64,000 nucleotides of DNA from contig CALYQL010000010.1 of assembly GCA_945285915.1 (NCBI GenBank), forward strand, positions 9,104 through 73,103. The letters run 5' to 3'. The notes beneath the pieces are model-generated. The model was not told the DNA's origin. It was given only the letters and a program-made list of their open reading frames with translations, and made no database searches. A program made the position numbers and the translations under genes. Below, one piece after another: positions 39,391 through 48,203 of this stretch (positions are counted from its first letter, which is position 1; each line of letters opens with the position of its first letter). The DNA is from an uncultured Bartonella sp. Lineage in GTDB: Bacteria > Pseudomonadota > Alphaproteobacteria > Rhizobiales > Rhizobiaceae.

Positions 39391-40134
39391 GTGATGCGCG
39401 CTAATTACAAACTGCAAAGATTATTTTTAAATCATCCTTTTATCGCCCAGACGTTGGTCAATCTGGACGATCGTCAATCCCATTATCTTTCAAATGTTTT
39501 GCGCATGAAGCAAGGCGACAAGGTTTTGCTTTTCAATGGTTGTGATGGGGAATGGTTAGCGGAAATTACAGAGATAAGGAAAAAACAAGTAACGCTGAAA
39601 ACTATCCATCAGGAAAGACAACAACCTCAACCTTATGACCTTATGTATTGTTTTGCGCCATTAAAGCACGCCCGTCTTGATTATATGGTGCAAAAAGCTG
39701 TCGAAATGGGGGCTTCAGTTTTACAACCCGTTTTAACCCAATACACGCAGGTGTCGCGCATTAATGGGGATAGAATAGAGGCAAATATCATTGAAGCTGC
39801 TGAACAATGCGGAATTCTATCACTTGCAAAATATAAAGAACCAGTTTCTTTAGAAAAATTGTTAGACACGTGGGAGCCTGAAAGGCGCCTTATTTTTTGT
39901 GATGAAGCATCTGATACACAAAATCCCATCGAAGTTTTAAAGCATGTGCAAAAGGCACCACTGGCGGTTCTCATCGGTCCTGAAGGTGGTTTCAGTGATA
40001 AAGAACGCTCGATGTTGCGTGATTCACCATTTGTAATAACCATTCCTCTTGGCCCAAGAATTTTGCGTGCTGATACCGCAGCCGTTGCAGCACTTGCCGT
40101 TGTGAATGCCGTATTGGGGGATTGGCGCGACTAA
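39391..40134 (+). CDS. rsmE: 16S rRNA (uracil1498-N3)-methyltransferase RsmE
   Basis: The 247-aa ORF has a PUA-like N-terminus ([15 protein letters not shown]) and a SPOUT C-terminus ([23 protein letters not shown]). Confidence 0.9.
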   Translation: MMRANYKLQRLFLNHPFIAQTLVNLDDRQSHYLSNVLRMKQGDKVLLFNGCDGEWLAEITEIRKKQVTLKTIHQERQQPQPYDLMYCFAPLKHARLDYMVQKAVEMGASVLQPVLTQYTQVSRINGDRIEANIIEAAEQCGILSLAKYKEPVSLEKLLDTWEPERRLIFCDEASDTQNPIEVLKHVQKAPLAVLIGPEGGFSDKERSMLRDSPFVITIPLGPRILRADTAAVAALAVVNAVLGDWRD

Positions 40135-40203
40135 TCTATTACTTGAAAGATTGATAGAAACAGTCAATTATCAAACAAACAAGTGTTTTAGGAAAAATAA
40201 TCG

Positions 40204-41577
40204 ATGGCACACGATATTACAGATCAAACAGTTATAAGTGATTTTTCCGACTTGATAGCCTATCTGCAACAAGGCTCAAAACCAGCAGATAAATGGCGTA
40301 TTGGCACAGAACATGAGAAATTTCCATTTTATACAGATGGTAATAGACCTGTGCCTTATGAAGGCGATCGGGGTATTCGTGCGCTATTAGACGGTATGCA
40401 GGCCATGCTTGGCTGGGAACCAATCATGGACGAGGGAAATATAATTGGTCTTACCGGTCCAACGGGTGAAGGGGCTATTTCGCTAGAACCTGGAGGGCAG
40501 TTTGAGCTTTCTGGTGCACCGCAAAAAACGATCCATCAAACATGTCGAGAAGTTAATGCCCATCTTGCGCAAGTAAAAGAGATTGCGACACCCTTAGGAA
40601 TTGGTTTTCTTGGCATTGGAGGAAGTCCTAAATGGCGCCTTTCTGAAACACCCAAAATGCCCAAATCCCGCTATCATATTATGACCAATTATATGCCTAA
40701 AGTTGGAAAATCTGGGCTTGATATGATGTATAGAACATCAACAATTCAAGTTAATCTGGATTTTTCGTCAGAAGCAGATATGCGGCGTAAAATGCAAGTT
40801 TCCATGAAACTGCAATCAATCGCAACGGCATTATTTGCGACTTCGCCATTTACCGAATCGAAACCAAACGGTTTCATGTCATGGCGTTCAGAGATTTGGC
40901 GCGATACCGATAATCAACGTTCAGGCGTTTTGCCATTTGTCTTTTCAGAGAATTTTGGATTTGCTGATTATGTGGAGTGGGCATTGGATATACCAATGTA
41001 TTTTGTTGTACGCGATGGCCACTACCACGATTGCACCCATATCACTTTCAGGCAATTTATGAATGGTGCCTTGAAAGGTGAAGTTGCTGATTATGCGGCG
41101 AATATGGGAGATTGGGTCAACCATCTTTCAACATTGTTTCCTGAAGTGCGCCTTAAACGCTTTCTTGAAATGCGGGGTGCTGATGGCGGCCCATGGCGAA
41201 GGATTTGCGCACTACCTGCTTTTTGGGTTGGGCTTCTTTATGATGAGCAGTCACTTTCCGATGCTGAAGCCATGACAAAAGACTGGACCTATCAGGAAGT
41301 ATTGGACATGAGAAATCGTGTTCCACGCGAGGGATTAAAGACACCATTCAGACAGACAAATATTTTAGAATTGGCGAAGCAGGTTTTAGATATTTCTCAA
41401 CAGGGGTTGAAAAATCGTCATTGTTTGAATGTTGAAGGTGATGATGAAACCTTATTTATCGAACCTTTAAAAGCAGTTATTGCCACCGGACAATGCGATT
41501 CTGAGCGGTTATTGACAAAGTATCAAACTGTTTGGGGACGTTCAGTCGATCCTATATTTCTGGAATACGCTTATTGA
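40204..41577 (+). CDS. gshA: Glutamate-cysteine ligase, plant/alphaproteobacterial type
   Basis: The 457-aa ORF has the motifs RIGTEHEKF, ISLEPGGQFELSGAP and RFLEMRGADGGPW, which are typical of the GCS2 lineage. Confidence 0.9.
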   Translation: MAHDITDQTVISDFSDLIAYLQQGSKPADKWRIGTEHEKFPFYTDGNRPVPYEGDRGIRALLDGMQAMLGWEPIMDEGNIIGLTGPTGEGAISLEPGGQFELSGAPQKTIHQTCREVNAHLAQVKEIATPLGIGFLGIGGSPKWRLSETPKMPKSRYHIMTNYMPKVGKSGLDMMYRTSTIQVNLDFSSEADMRRKMQVSMKLQSIATALFATSPFTESKPNGFMSWRSEIWRDTDNQRSGVLPFVFSENFGFADYVEWALDIPMYFVVRDGHYHDCTHITFRQFMNGALKGEVADYAANMGDWVNHLSTLFPEVRLKRFLEMRGADGGPWRRICALPAFWVGLLYDEQSLSDAEAMTKDWTYQEVLDMRNRVPREGLKTPFRQTNILELAKQVLDISQQGLKNRHCLNVEGDDETLFIEPLKAVIATGQCDSERLLTKYQTVWGRSVDPIFLEYAY

Positions 41578-41783
41578 AAAATTTAAAACTAAAATAAAAA
41601 TTTCTTATGCATAATATAACAAAATAGAATTTATTATGCATAATAATATTCGTCTTTTTTTATTTTAAAGAATAGAAATATAGTGGCATTTTTATTTTAT
41701 GATGAGTGGTTCAAACCCCTGTTATTGCTGAATGGCAATGCCCATATCCTAATAAGATAGATATAAAAGGAAAGGGAATTGTC

Positions 41784-42872
41784 ATGCAACATGTTGATAT
41801 TCCATCTATGTCAGATTTCAATAAATTGCGTCAGGTAAGAGCGGATGCATGTGTTTCCATTTATTTGCCAACAACACCGATAACGTCAGAAGTGAATGCA
41901 TGCAAAATTGAATATGCCAATCAGGTGAAAGAGGCTTTATCGCAGTCACGTTCGTTAACTGACAAACGGCGTTTGGCAGAGATGGAAACCTTGTTAAATG
42001 GCTTATTGGATTATGAAGAATTCTGGTTAAAACAATCGCGCAGCCTTGCTGTGCTGGCAACACCAGATCGTATTTGGACATTTCGTTTAGCAAATCGGCT
42101 GAAATCTTTCGTCGAAGTTGCTGATAGATTTATGCTTAGCCCGTTGCTTCGCTCGCTTACATTTGCTCATACAGCCCATGTTGCTGTTATTTCAGAAAAT
42201 ACAGCAAGGCTTATTGAACTAACAAGCGATGTTGAACCATATGAAGTGAAAGTGCCTGATATGCCGAAAGATATGGCAAGTGTATTGGGCAAAGGTAATG
42301 AGAAAATTAGCTCTATTACCAATACAAGGATTACTCAATATTGTCGCGCTATTGATACAGCGTTGCGGCATTATTTAGGAAATTCGGATATTCCCTTTAT
42401 CATTGCTGGAAGTGAGGTTGTGGTCAATGCTTTCCGCCCAATTTACAGCGGAAACAATCTCATTGGCGAAGTAGCAAATGCCAGTCTTGATCACGCAAAT
42501 CCGACAGAAGTTGCCGATTTCGCACGGCCAGTACTCGATCGATATTATGAAAGACAAATCGCCGACATTCGCAGTCGCTTTGATCATCTCACAGCAGAAG
42601 GGCGAACAACAACAGATATTGCTTTAGCAGCACGCGCTGCCACTGTGGGGCAAGTTGATACTTTGCTTGCTGATATGGACGAAATGGTTCACGGAACTAT
42701 TGACGAAGAAACGGGCGCTGTAAAATTTGGCGAAGAGGAACCCAAAACTTACAATGTCGTTGATGAAATTGCGAGTCGTGTTCTTGCTAATGGTGGCCGC
42801 GTGCTTGCCGTTCGTCGGAGCGACATACCGCATAACCAATCATTGGCAGCAATATTCCGCTTCAGAATGTAG
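41784..42872 (+). CDS. eRF1-like (bacterial archaeo-eukaryotic release factor, baeRF-type) family protein; subfamily unresolved
   Basis: The ORF track gives 41706..42872. I chose the ATG at 41784 after the SD AAGGAAAGGGA (41767-41777). The family pattern is recognised from memory: an N-terminal ADACVSIYLPTTP, a mid VADRFMLSPLL, and a C-terminal AAIFRFRM. No search was run. Confidence 0.5.
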   Translation: MQHVDIPSMSDFNKLRQVRADACVSIYLPTTPITSEVNACKIEYANQVKEALSQSRSLTDKRRLAEMETLLNGLLDYEEFWLKQSRSLAVLATPDRIWTFRLANRLKSFVEVADRFMLSPLLRSLTFAHTAHVAVISENTARLIELTSDVEPYEVKVPDMPKDMASVLGKGNEKISSITNTRITQYCRAIDTALRHYLGNSDIPFIIAGSEVVVNAFRPIYSGNNLIGEVANASLDHANPTEVADFARPVLDRYYERQIADIRSRFDHLTAEGRTTTDIALAARAATVGQVDTLLADMDEMVHGTIDEETGAVKFGEEEPKTYNVVDEIASRVLANGGRVLAVRRSDIPHNQSLAAIFRFRM

Positions 42873-42935
42873 TTTGTGATTTTTGATAAAAGTGACAATG
42901 CCTATATTTGATAGGTTATTTTAAATATACAAAAT

Positions 42936-42969
42936 AAAAGCCCGGAAAATTATCTTTTCCGGGCTTTTT
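42936..42969. terminator. Bidirectional terminator between the baeRF-like gene and the TPR lipoprotein gene
   Basis: AAAAGCCCGGAAAA-ttatc-TTTTCCGGGCTTTT is a perfect 14-bp stem with a U-run on both strands. Confidence 0.85.
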
Positions 42970-42986
42970 AAACTTCAATCTTATTC

Positions 42987-43802
42987 TTACCACCCGCCAC
43001 GTGTGCGTTTAAGCCCTTCTTTGGCTGGTTTGAAATTCGGATCTAAAGAAACAGCCTTTGTATAAGAGTTGTAGGCACGTTTCTTGTCACCACGATGTTC
43101 ATAAACCATTGCCTGATTTGACCAGCTTTCAGCAACATTACTGTCAAGCCGTATCGCAGCATTGAAATCGTCAAAAGCATTATCCCAATCGCCCAAAGCA
43201 ACATAAGATAATCCACGCCCGTTATAAGGGGCAGGGGCATTTGGTTGGCGTGATAAAGCCAATCCAAAATCAGCAATAGCGGCTTGTTGGTCACCGCGTG
43301 CTTGTTCAATCAGCGCACGGTTATGCCATGCGCGACCATCTGTTGTGCCTAATTGAATGGCTTGGTTAAAATCATTATAGGCAAGATCGAGTTTGCCACC
43401 CATGCGGTAAACATTACCACGTCCAATAAGGGCAACATCATAGCTTGGGTTAAGCTGTAACGCTTTGTTATAATCAGCCAATGCAGCATTATAATTACCC
43501 ATATTGCGGTAAATTAACGCTCTATTTGCATAGGCATTATAAAAATTCGGGTTAAGCTGTATTGCTGTAGTAAAATCAGCAATAGCTTCTTTATAACGTC
43601 CAGCTTTACCATAAGCAGAACCACGAACATTATAACCTGATGGATCGCGTGGGTTGCTTTTGATAACAGCGGTAAGTGAGGAAATATTTTCTCGTGAGCC
43701 CTGAGCGACATCTTCCGGATCAAGTACGGTATTGTTTGATGTACAGCCTGCTAAGGTAATAGCACCTAAAAGAAAAAAAGTGGATAGTTTCAATTTTTTC
43801 AT
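42987..43802 (-). CDS. TPR-repeat lipoprotein
   Basis: The ORF track gives 42987..44138. The real start is the ATG at 43802 (MKKLKLSTFFLLGAITLAGC, with the lipobox LAGC). It is followed by about six TPR units (repeated NP....Y..RG.....G....A..DF..A). The longer ORF would run into rpsU. Confidence 0.85.
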   Translation of the reverse strand: MKKLKLSTFFLLGAITLAGCTSNNTVLDPEDVAQGSRENISSLTAVIKSNPRDPSGYNVRGSAYGKAGRYKEAIADFTTAIQLNPNFYNAYANRALIYRNMGNYNAALADYNKALQLNPSYDVALIGRGNVYRMGGKLDLAYNDFNQAIQLGTTDGRAWHNRALIEQARGDQQAAIADFGLALSRQPNAPAPYNGRGLSYVALGDWDNAFDDFNAAIRLDSNVAESWSNQAMVYEHRGDKKRAYNSYTKAVSLDPNFKPAKEGLKRTRGGW

Positions 43803-44007
43803 CGGACCCAATCCTGTTTCAGGGCAAGTGGAAATATTTAATATTAAAATAGAATATGTCTTTGTAACAAAAAAGTGGAAATGCCTAATGCATCTCCACT
43901 CTAATATATAGATAGCACAAAAAACATTCCACAAATTCTGCGAAATAAACCCTATAGTAAAGGTATTCGTTTTGCAGTTTGCAGATTGTTTTTTATATTT
44001 TGCAATA

Positions 44008-44235
44008 TTAGTGGGCAGCAGCGCGGCCACTAACCAATCCTTCACGCTGGGCACGTTTACGAGCCAACTTGCGAGCACGACGTACAGCTTCAGCCTTTTC
44101 ACGAGCACGCTTTTCCGACGGCTTTTCGTAATGACCACGCATCTTCATTTCACGGAAGATGCCTTCACGTTGCATTTTCTTTTTCAGCGCACGTAGCGCC
44201 TGATCAACATTATTATCGCGAACGAGTACTTGCAC
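44008..44235 (-). CDS. rpsU: 30S ribosomal protein S21
   Basis: The 75-aa ORF reads (M)[49 protein letters not shown]. It has a GTG start at 44235 with an AGGA SD. Confidence 0.95.
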   Translation of the reverse strand: MQVLVRDNNVDQALRALKKKMQREGIFREMKMRGHYEKPSEKRAREKAEAVRRARKLARKRAQREGLVSGRAAAH

Positions 44236-44750
44236 GTTTAATCCTGCTTTGTTTCAATGTCTACGTTAAATGGGTACACCCCAAAATCCCTACCGTCATG
44301 GTAGGACAATAAATTATTGTGTGGCGAATACCACATTCCATAAGGCTTTGTCTACATTGCTTTTATAAAAGCTGCTATTTTTGGTAAAATAAGACACCTA
44401 TTTGTTTAAAATACAACAGATTCTTGAAAAATTACGGTTCTATTTATTGATAAAGATCGGTTGAGCCGTGATGAATTGGCGCTTTTATAAAGTGAAATAA
44501 GACTCACTCTTATATTTTCAGCATTTATCTTATTTGTTTTTATGAGGTGTTTGAAAAGATTGGGGACTCGATGGATAAATGAGTCGTCTTTGTCAATCAT
44601 ATGTCAGGCAATTTGAATATGTGTGCTTTCAGCCAAACTTTATGTGCAGCATTTTAAAACGTGACACGTTGAAAAGCATATCTTATGTATTTTTTGGAGT
44701 TCGTGACACCACCATGAAAATATATATGGCGATGTCACGCTAATAAAGAG

Positions 44751-45224
44751 TTAGGCGCTCTTGGGTGGTACCATTGCTATGGTAATCCAATTGGCAACAA
44801 GAGCTGGTTTTTTTACATTTTCTATTTCTAATGTAACTTCATAGTGAAAAACAACACGGCCTGATGGGCGAATTTCAGCATCGCTCAAAACAAATCTTGC
44901 CCGTACTTTGGAGCCAGTTTTAACAGGGCTCATAAGCCTTACTTTGTCGAAACCATAATTGATACCCATGGTGGTGCCTTCAAGTTCTGGCAAGGCTTCA
45001 TAAGCAAGGGTAGACAATAAGGATAGGGTTAAAAAACCGTGGGCAATTGTACCCCCGAAAGGTGTTTCCTTCGCTTTTTCCTCGTCAACATGGATCCATT
45101 GATGATCATCGGTGGCATCGGCAAACAAATTGATCATCTCTTGTGTAACAAGCCGCCAATTTGAAACACCCACTTCTTTGCCAATTGATGCTGGAATGTC
45201 ATCAACCGTGACTTTACCGGGCAT
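44751..45224 (-). CDS. MaoC-family (R)-specific enoyl-CoA hydratase / hot-dog dehydratase
   Basis: The 157-aa ORF has the motifs DDHQWIHVDEEKAKETPFGGTIAHGFLTLSL, which form the hot-dog hydratase motif. Confidence 0.85.
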   Translation of the reverse strand: MPGKVTVDDIPASIGKEVGVSNWRLVTQEMINLFADATDDHQWIHVDEEKAKETPFGGTIAHGFLTLSLLSTLAYEALPELEGTTMGINYGFDKVRLMSPVKTGSKVRARFVLSDAEIRPSGRVVFHYEVTLEIENVKKPALVANWITIAMVPPKSA

Positions 45225-45525
45225 ATTTCATCTCCCTATCGTTAATCGGCAGTGTAGATAGCACTCAACTGCCACAATACTGATTAATTTTGCAGAACTT
45301 ATATCCGTGTTGGCGGCATCGCGCAAATTTTTGTTCTGTAATATTGTTTGCCGCTTTTACGTTTTAACACTATTTGCTTGGTTTAACGTGAAACCTTGCA
45401 ATTGTTCATGCTTATTATTAGACAGGTGATTTAGAATAAGCACTATTGGACGAGCGTTTATCACAAACAAAGCACCACAATTTGGTGCATTCCATTTTTG
45501 TAGTCCAAAAGTCTGGAGAATAAAA

Positions 45526-46848
45526 ATGACAAGCAATGTAGCCCTTCTTGGTTTGGCACGCGATTTAAAAAAGCGCGGTGAAACTGGCAAACCTATACGT
45601 ATAGGGCTGGTTGGCTGCGGCGAAATGGGAACTGATCTTTTAACCGGTGTTGCCCATATGGACGGTATAGAGGTTGCAGCAGTTTCCACTCGCACACCAT
45701 CACGTGTAATTGAAGCAGCAGAAATTGCCTATGGCGAAAGTGGACATACGAAAGAAGTTGAAAATGCTTCAGCTATGACTGCCGCCATTGAAGAGGGAAA
45801 GATTGCCGCAACAGGTGATCTTGATCTTTTACTGAAAAATGAATTGGTTGATATTGTTGTTGATGCTACCGGTTACCCTGAAGCCGGTGCTGAAATTGGC
45901 TATAAAACGTTACAGAATAACAAACACTTAGTTATGATGAATGTTGAAGCTGATGTAACGATCGGTCCTTATTTAAAACACGAGGCCGATAAAAGAGGTT
46001 TGATTTATACGTTAGGTGCAGGTGACGAACCATCTTCCTGTATGGAACTTATCGAATTTGTTTCAGCTTTGGGGCATAAAGTGGTCGCTGCTGGCAAGGG
46101 AAAAAATAATCCGCTTGTTTTTGATGCAGTTCCTGATGACTATGAAGAAGAAGCGCAGCGCCGCAATATGAATGTGCGTATGCTTGTCGAATTTATTGAC
46201 GGCTCAAAAACAATGGTAGAAATGACAGCCATTGCCAATGCAACGGGTTTAGTACCGGATTGCGCAGGTATGCATGGTCCCAAAGCGGATATTGACCAAC
46301 TGAATAAGGTACTTATTCCACAAAAGGATGGTGGCGTATTAAGCCGATCGGGTGTGGTGGACTATTCAATTGGTCGGGGAGTTTCTCCCGGAGTGTTTGT
46401 TGTTGCAGAAATGCGGCATCCGCGTGTTTGGGAGCGTATGGAAGATTTGAAAATAGGTGAGGGGCCATATTTCACGTTCCATCGCCCATACCATTTGACG
46501 GCAATGGAAGTTCCTCTGACATGCGCACGTGTCATGCTTTATGGCAAACCGGATATGGTGCCGCTTGATCGCCCAGTGGCTGAAGTTTGTGCCGTTGCAA
46601 AAAAGGATATGCAACCTGGTGACAAACTTGATTTTATTGGTCTTTACACCTATCGCGCTTGGAATATGCGGGTGGAAGAAGCACGTCATGCGCAAGCTAT
46701 ACCATGTGGCCTTTTAGAAGGCGCGACTGTGACGGCGCCAATCAAAAAGAATGAACTTATTACAGCAAAAAATGTTGCAATTAATGAGTCTCAATGGATT
46801 GCTAAGTTACGTAAAGAACAGGATCGCCTAATTTATGGTCAAGTTTAA
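45526..46848 (+). CDS. NAD(P)-dependent oxidoreductase with C-terminal SAF domain (COG4091-type, homoserine-dehydrogenase-like)
   Basis: The 440-aa ORF has a Rossmann motif (IRIGLVGCGEMG). Its overall pattern matches what I recall for the 'predicted homoserine dehydrogenase with SAF domain' family. No search was run. Confidence 0.65.
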   Translation: MTSNVALLGLARDLKKRGETGKPIRIGLVGCGEMGTDLLTGVAHMDGIEVAAVSTRTPSRVIEAAEIAYGESGHTKEVENASAMTAAIEEGKIAATGDLDLLLKNELVDIVVDATGYPEAGAEIGYKTLQNNKHLVMMNVEADVTIGPYLKHEADKRGLIYTLGAGDEPSSCMELIEFVSALGHKVVAAGKGKNNPLVFDAVPDDYEEEAQRRNMNVRMLVEFIDGSKTMVEMTAIANATGLVPDCAGMHGPKADIDQLNKVLIPQKDGGVLSRSGVVDYSIGRGVSPGVFVVAEMRHPRVWERMEDLKIGEGPYFTFHRPYHLTAMEVPLTCARVMLYGKPDMVPLDRPVAEVCAVAKKDMQPGDKLDFIGLYTYRAWNMRVEEARHAQAIPCGLLEGATVTAPIKKNELITAKNVAINESQWIAKLRKEQDRLIYGQV

Positions 46849-46910
46849 ACCGGTCGTAAAATCTGCATAAATTTTGTTGATGTTTTATAAAATATAGCAT
46901 TCAACTATTA

Positions 46911-46940
46911 AAAGAGCGGAGATGTTTTCCGCTCTTTTTG
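46911..46940. terminator. Bidirectional terminator between the SAF-oxidoreductase gene and nnrS
   Basis: AAAGAGCGGA-gatgttt-TCCGCTCTTT is a 10-bp stem followed by TTTGTTTGTTT. Confidence 0.8.
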
Positions 46941-46953
46941 TTTGTTTAAAATT

Positions 46954-48156
46954 TTAATTTGGTGTTCTTGGCTGACGTGGTTTGGTTAGAATATTCCAAT
47001 AAAGAACCACAAAACCGAAAAATGCCAAAATCCATAAAGTGCCGGATATATTGAGCATTGTTAGATCATTATCTGCAATGCCAGCGATCACACGTAAAAT
47101 GACAGAACAGAATAAACCACAATACACCAAAACGACTGGCCACGAGACAGTCAGTGGTCGTCCAGCATGGCCTAAGCTTGCGCGTGTCATAACGGCAATG
47201 GTCATTAAGCCAATGCCACCAGCCATCCAGAGATGTTGAACAGGCGCTCTTCCACCATGCAGAATATCAAAGGTGCTAAGTGTTAAGGCTATAAAACCGA
47301 GCGGTATGAATAGGAACCCTAGGTGTAAAACCCACACCAATGGTTCTTTTTTGGTAAGCCAACCATGCCAGCGAATGAGACGATAGAGATTGGCTAACCC
47401 GCAGATGCCACCGATAATGGCAGTAAAGATTGCGTCAGGCCAAATAACCCAAAAAACCAGACATATTGCGGTAAAGATCATAATGGCTTGATCAATTTTA
47501 TCATGGGGTGCCGGTAGATTGGTAATAGATTGTTTTACCATCCAATTACGTGTGAAGCTTGGGATAATTCTGCCGCCGATAATAGCAATTAGAAAAACGG
47601 CAATTGCCAATGCCCACCGCGCACCATAGCTATCTGCCGCGTAAACTTGTGCAAATGCTTCACCATCAAATAAGCAATTGGCGCAAAAAAGCATAACAAG
47701 CAAAATTAGGATTTTTAAATTACGCCAGTTCTTGCCCATTATAATTTCACGCCCAATGGCAAATGTGAAAGCCAATGGAAATAGAAGATCACATGCAATG
47801 GTTACGCCACTTGGCAGATAATAAGAAAAAGTCATTGCAATGCGCCCGATTAACCAGAGTGCAACCAGTGTTGCGAGCGGCCAACCAACAATCGGTAAGC
47901 GGCCTGTCCAGTTCGGAACCGCCGTCATGAGAAAACCAGCAATAACAGCCCAAAGATAACCAAACAAAAAACTATGGGCATGCCATGAAAAAGGATCGAT
48001 TGCGATGTCCAATGTTTCATGTCCAGTAAATGTCATGACCCATGCAATGATGCTAAAAACAGCCCAGATGCTAGCAAAAAGGAAAAATGGTCTATAACCA
48101 TAACTTAACAATGCAGGACCTTGCCACGATCTCATTTGTTGCGCTGATGTTGCCAT
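46954..48156 (-). CDS. nnrS: NnrS-family haem/copper membrane protein (NO-stress associated)
   Basis: The 400-aa ORF has about 12 TM helices and an NnrS-like N-terminus (LLSYGYRPFFLFASIWAV) with conserved His positions. Confidence 0.85.
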   Translation of the reverse strand: MATSAQQMRSWQGPALLSYGYRPFFLFASIWAVFSIIAWVMTFTGHETLDIAIDPFSWHAHSFLFGYLWAVIAGFLMTAVPNWTGRLPIVGWPLATLVALWLIGRIAMTFSYYLPSGVTIACDLLFPLAFTFAIGREIIMGKNWRNLKILILLVMLFCANCLFDGEAFAQVYAADSYGARWALAIAVFLIAIIGGRIIPSFTRNWMVKQSITNLPAPHDKIDQAIMIFTAICLVFWVIWPDAIFTAIIGGICGLANLYRLIRWHGWLTKKEPLVWVLHLGFLFIPLGFIALTLSTFDILHGGRAPVQHLWMAGGIGLMTIAVMTRASLGHAGRPLTVSWPVVLVYCGLFCSVILRVIAGIADNDLTMLNISGTLWILAFFGFVVLYWNILTKPRQPRTPN

Positions 48157-48176
48157 GCTTCACCTTTTTAAAAAAA

Positions 48177-48197
48177 ATGCCGCCTAGAAGGCGGCAT
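48177..48197 (-). terminator. Intrinsic terminator after pntB, directly abutting the nnrS ribosome-binding site
   Basis: ATGCCGCC(T)-aga-(A)GGCGGCAT. On the minus strand the hairpin is followed by TTTTTTTT (48169-48176), then AAAAGGTGAAGC and the nnrS ATG. Confidence 0.75.
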
Positions 48198-48203
48198 CTT
48201 CGT

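Noticed and set aside
43803-44138. This is the N-terminal 112-aa extension of the 383-aa ORF at 42987..44138 (-).
   Set aside because: The extension overlaps rpsU in another frame and has junk-like composition. A canonical lipoprotein start (MKKLKLSTFFLLGAITLAGC) occurs at 43802, so the gene was trimmed to 42987..43802.
44406-44600. This is a 64-aa ORF in the maoC-rpsU spacer.
   Set aside because: Its K/N/I/S-rich composition mirrors AT-rich non-coding DNA, and I see no SD. I treated it as non-coding and flagged the spacer itself as a finding.
45357-45695. This is a 112-aa minus-strand ORF spanning the maoC / SAF-oxidoreductase divergent promoter.
   Set aside because: It overlaps the 5' end of the well-supported 45526..46848 gene and has no recognisable motif. 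It is probably spurious.
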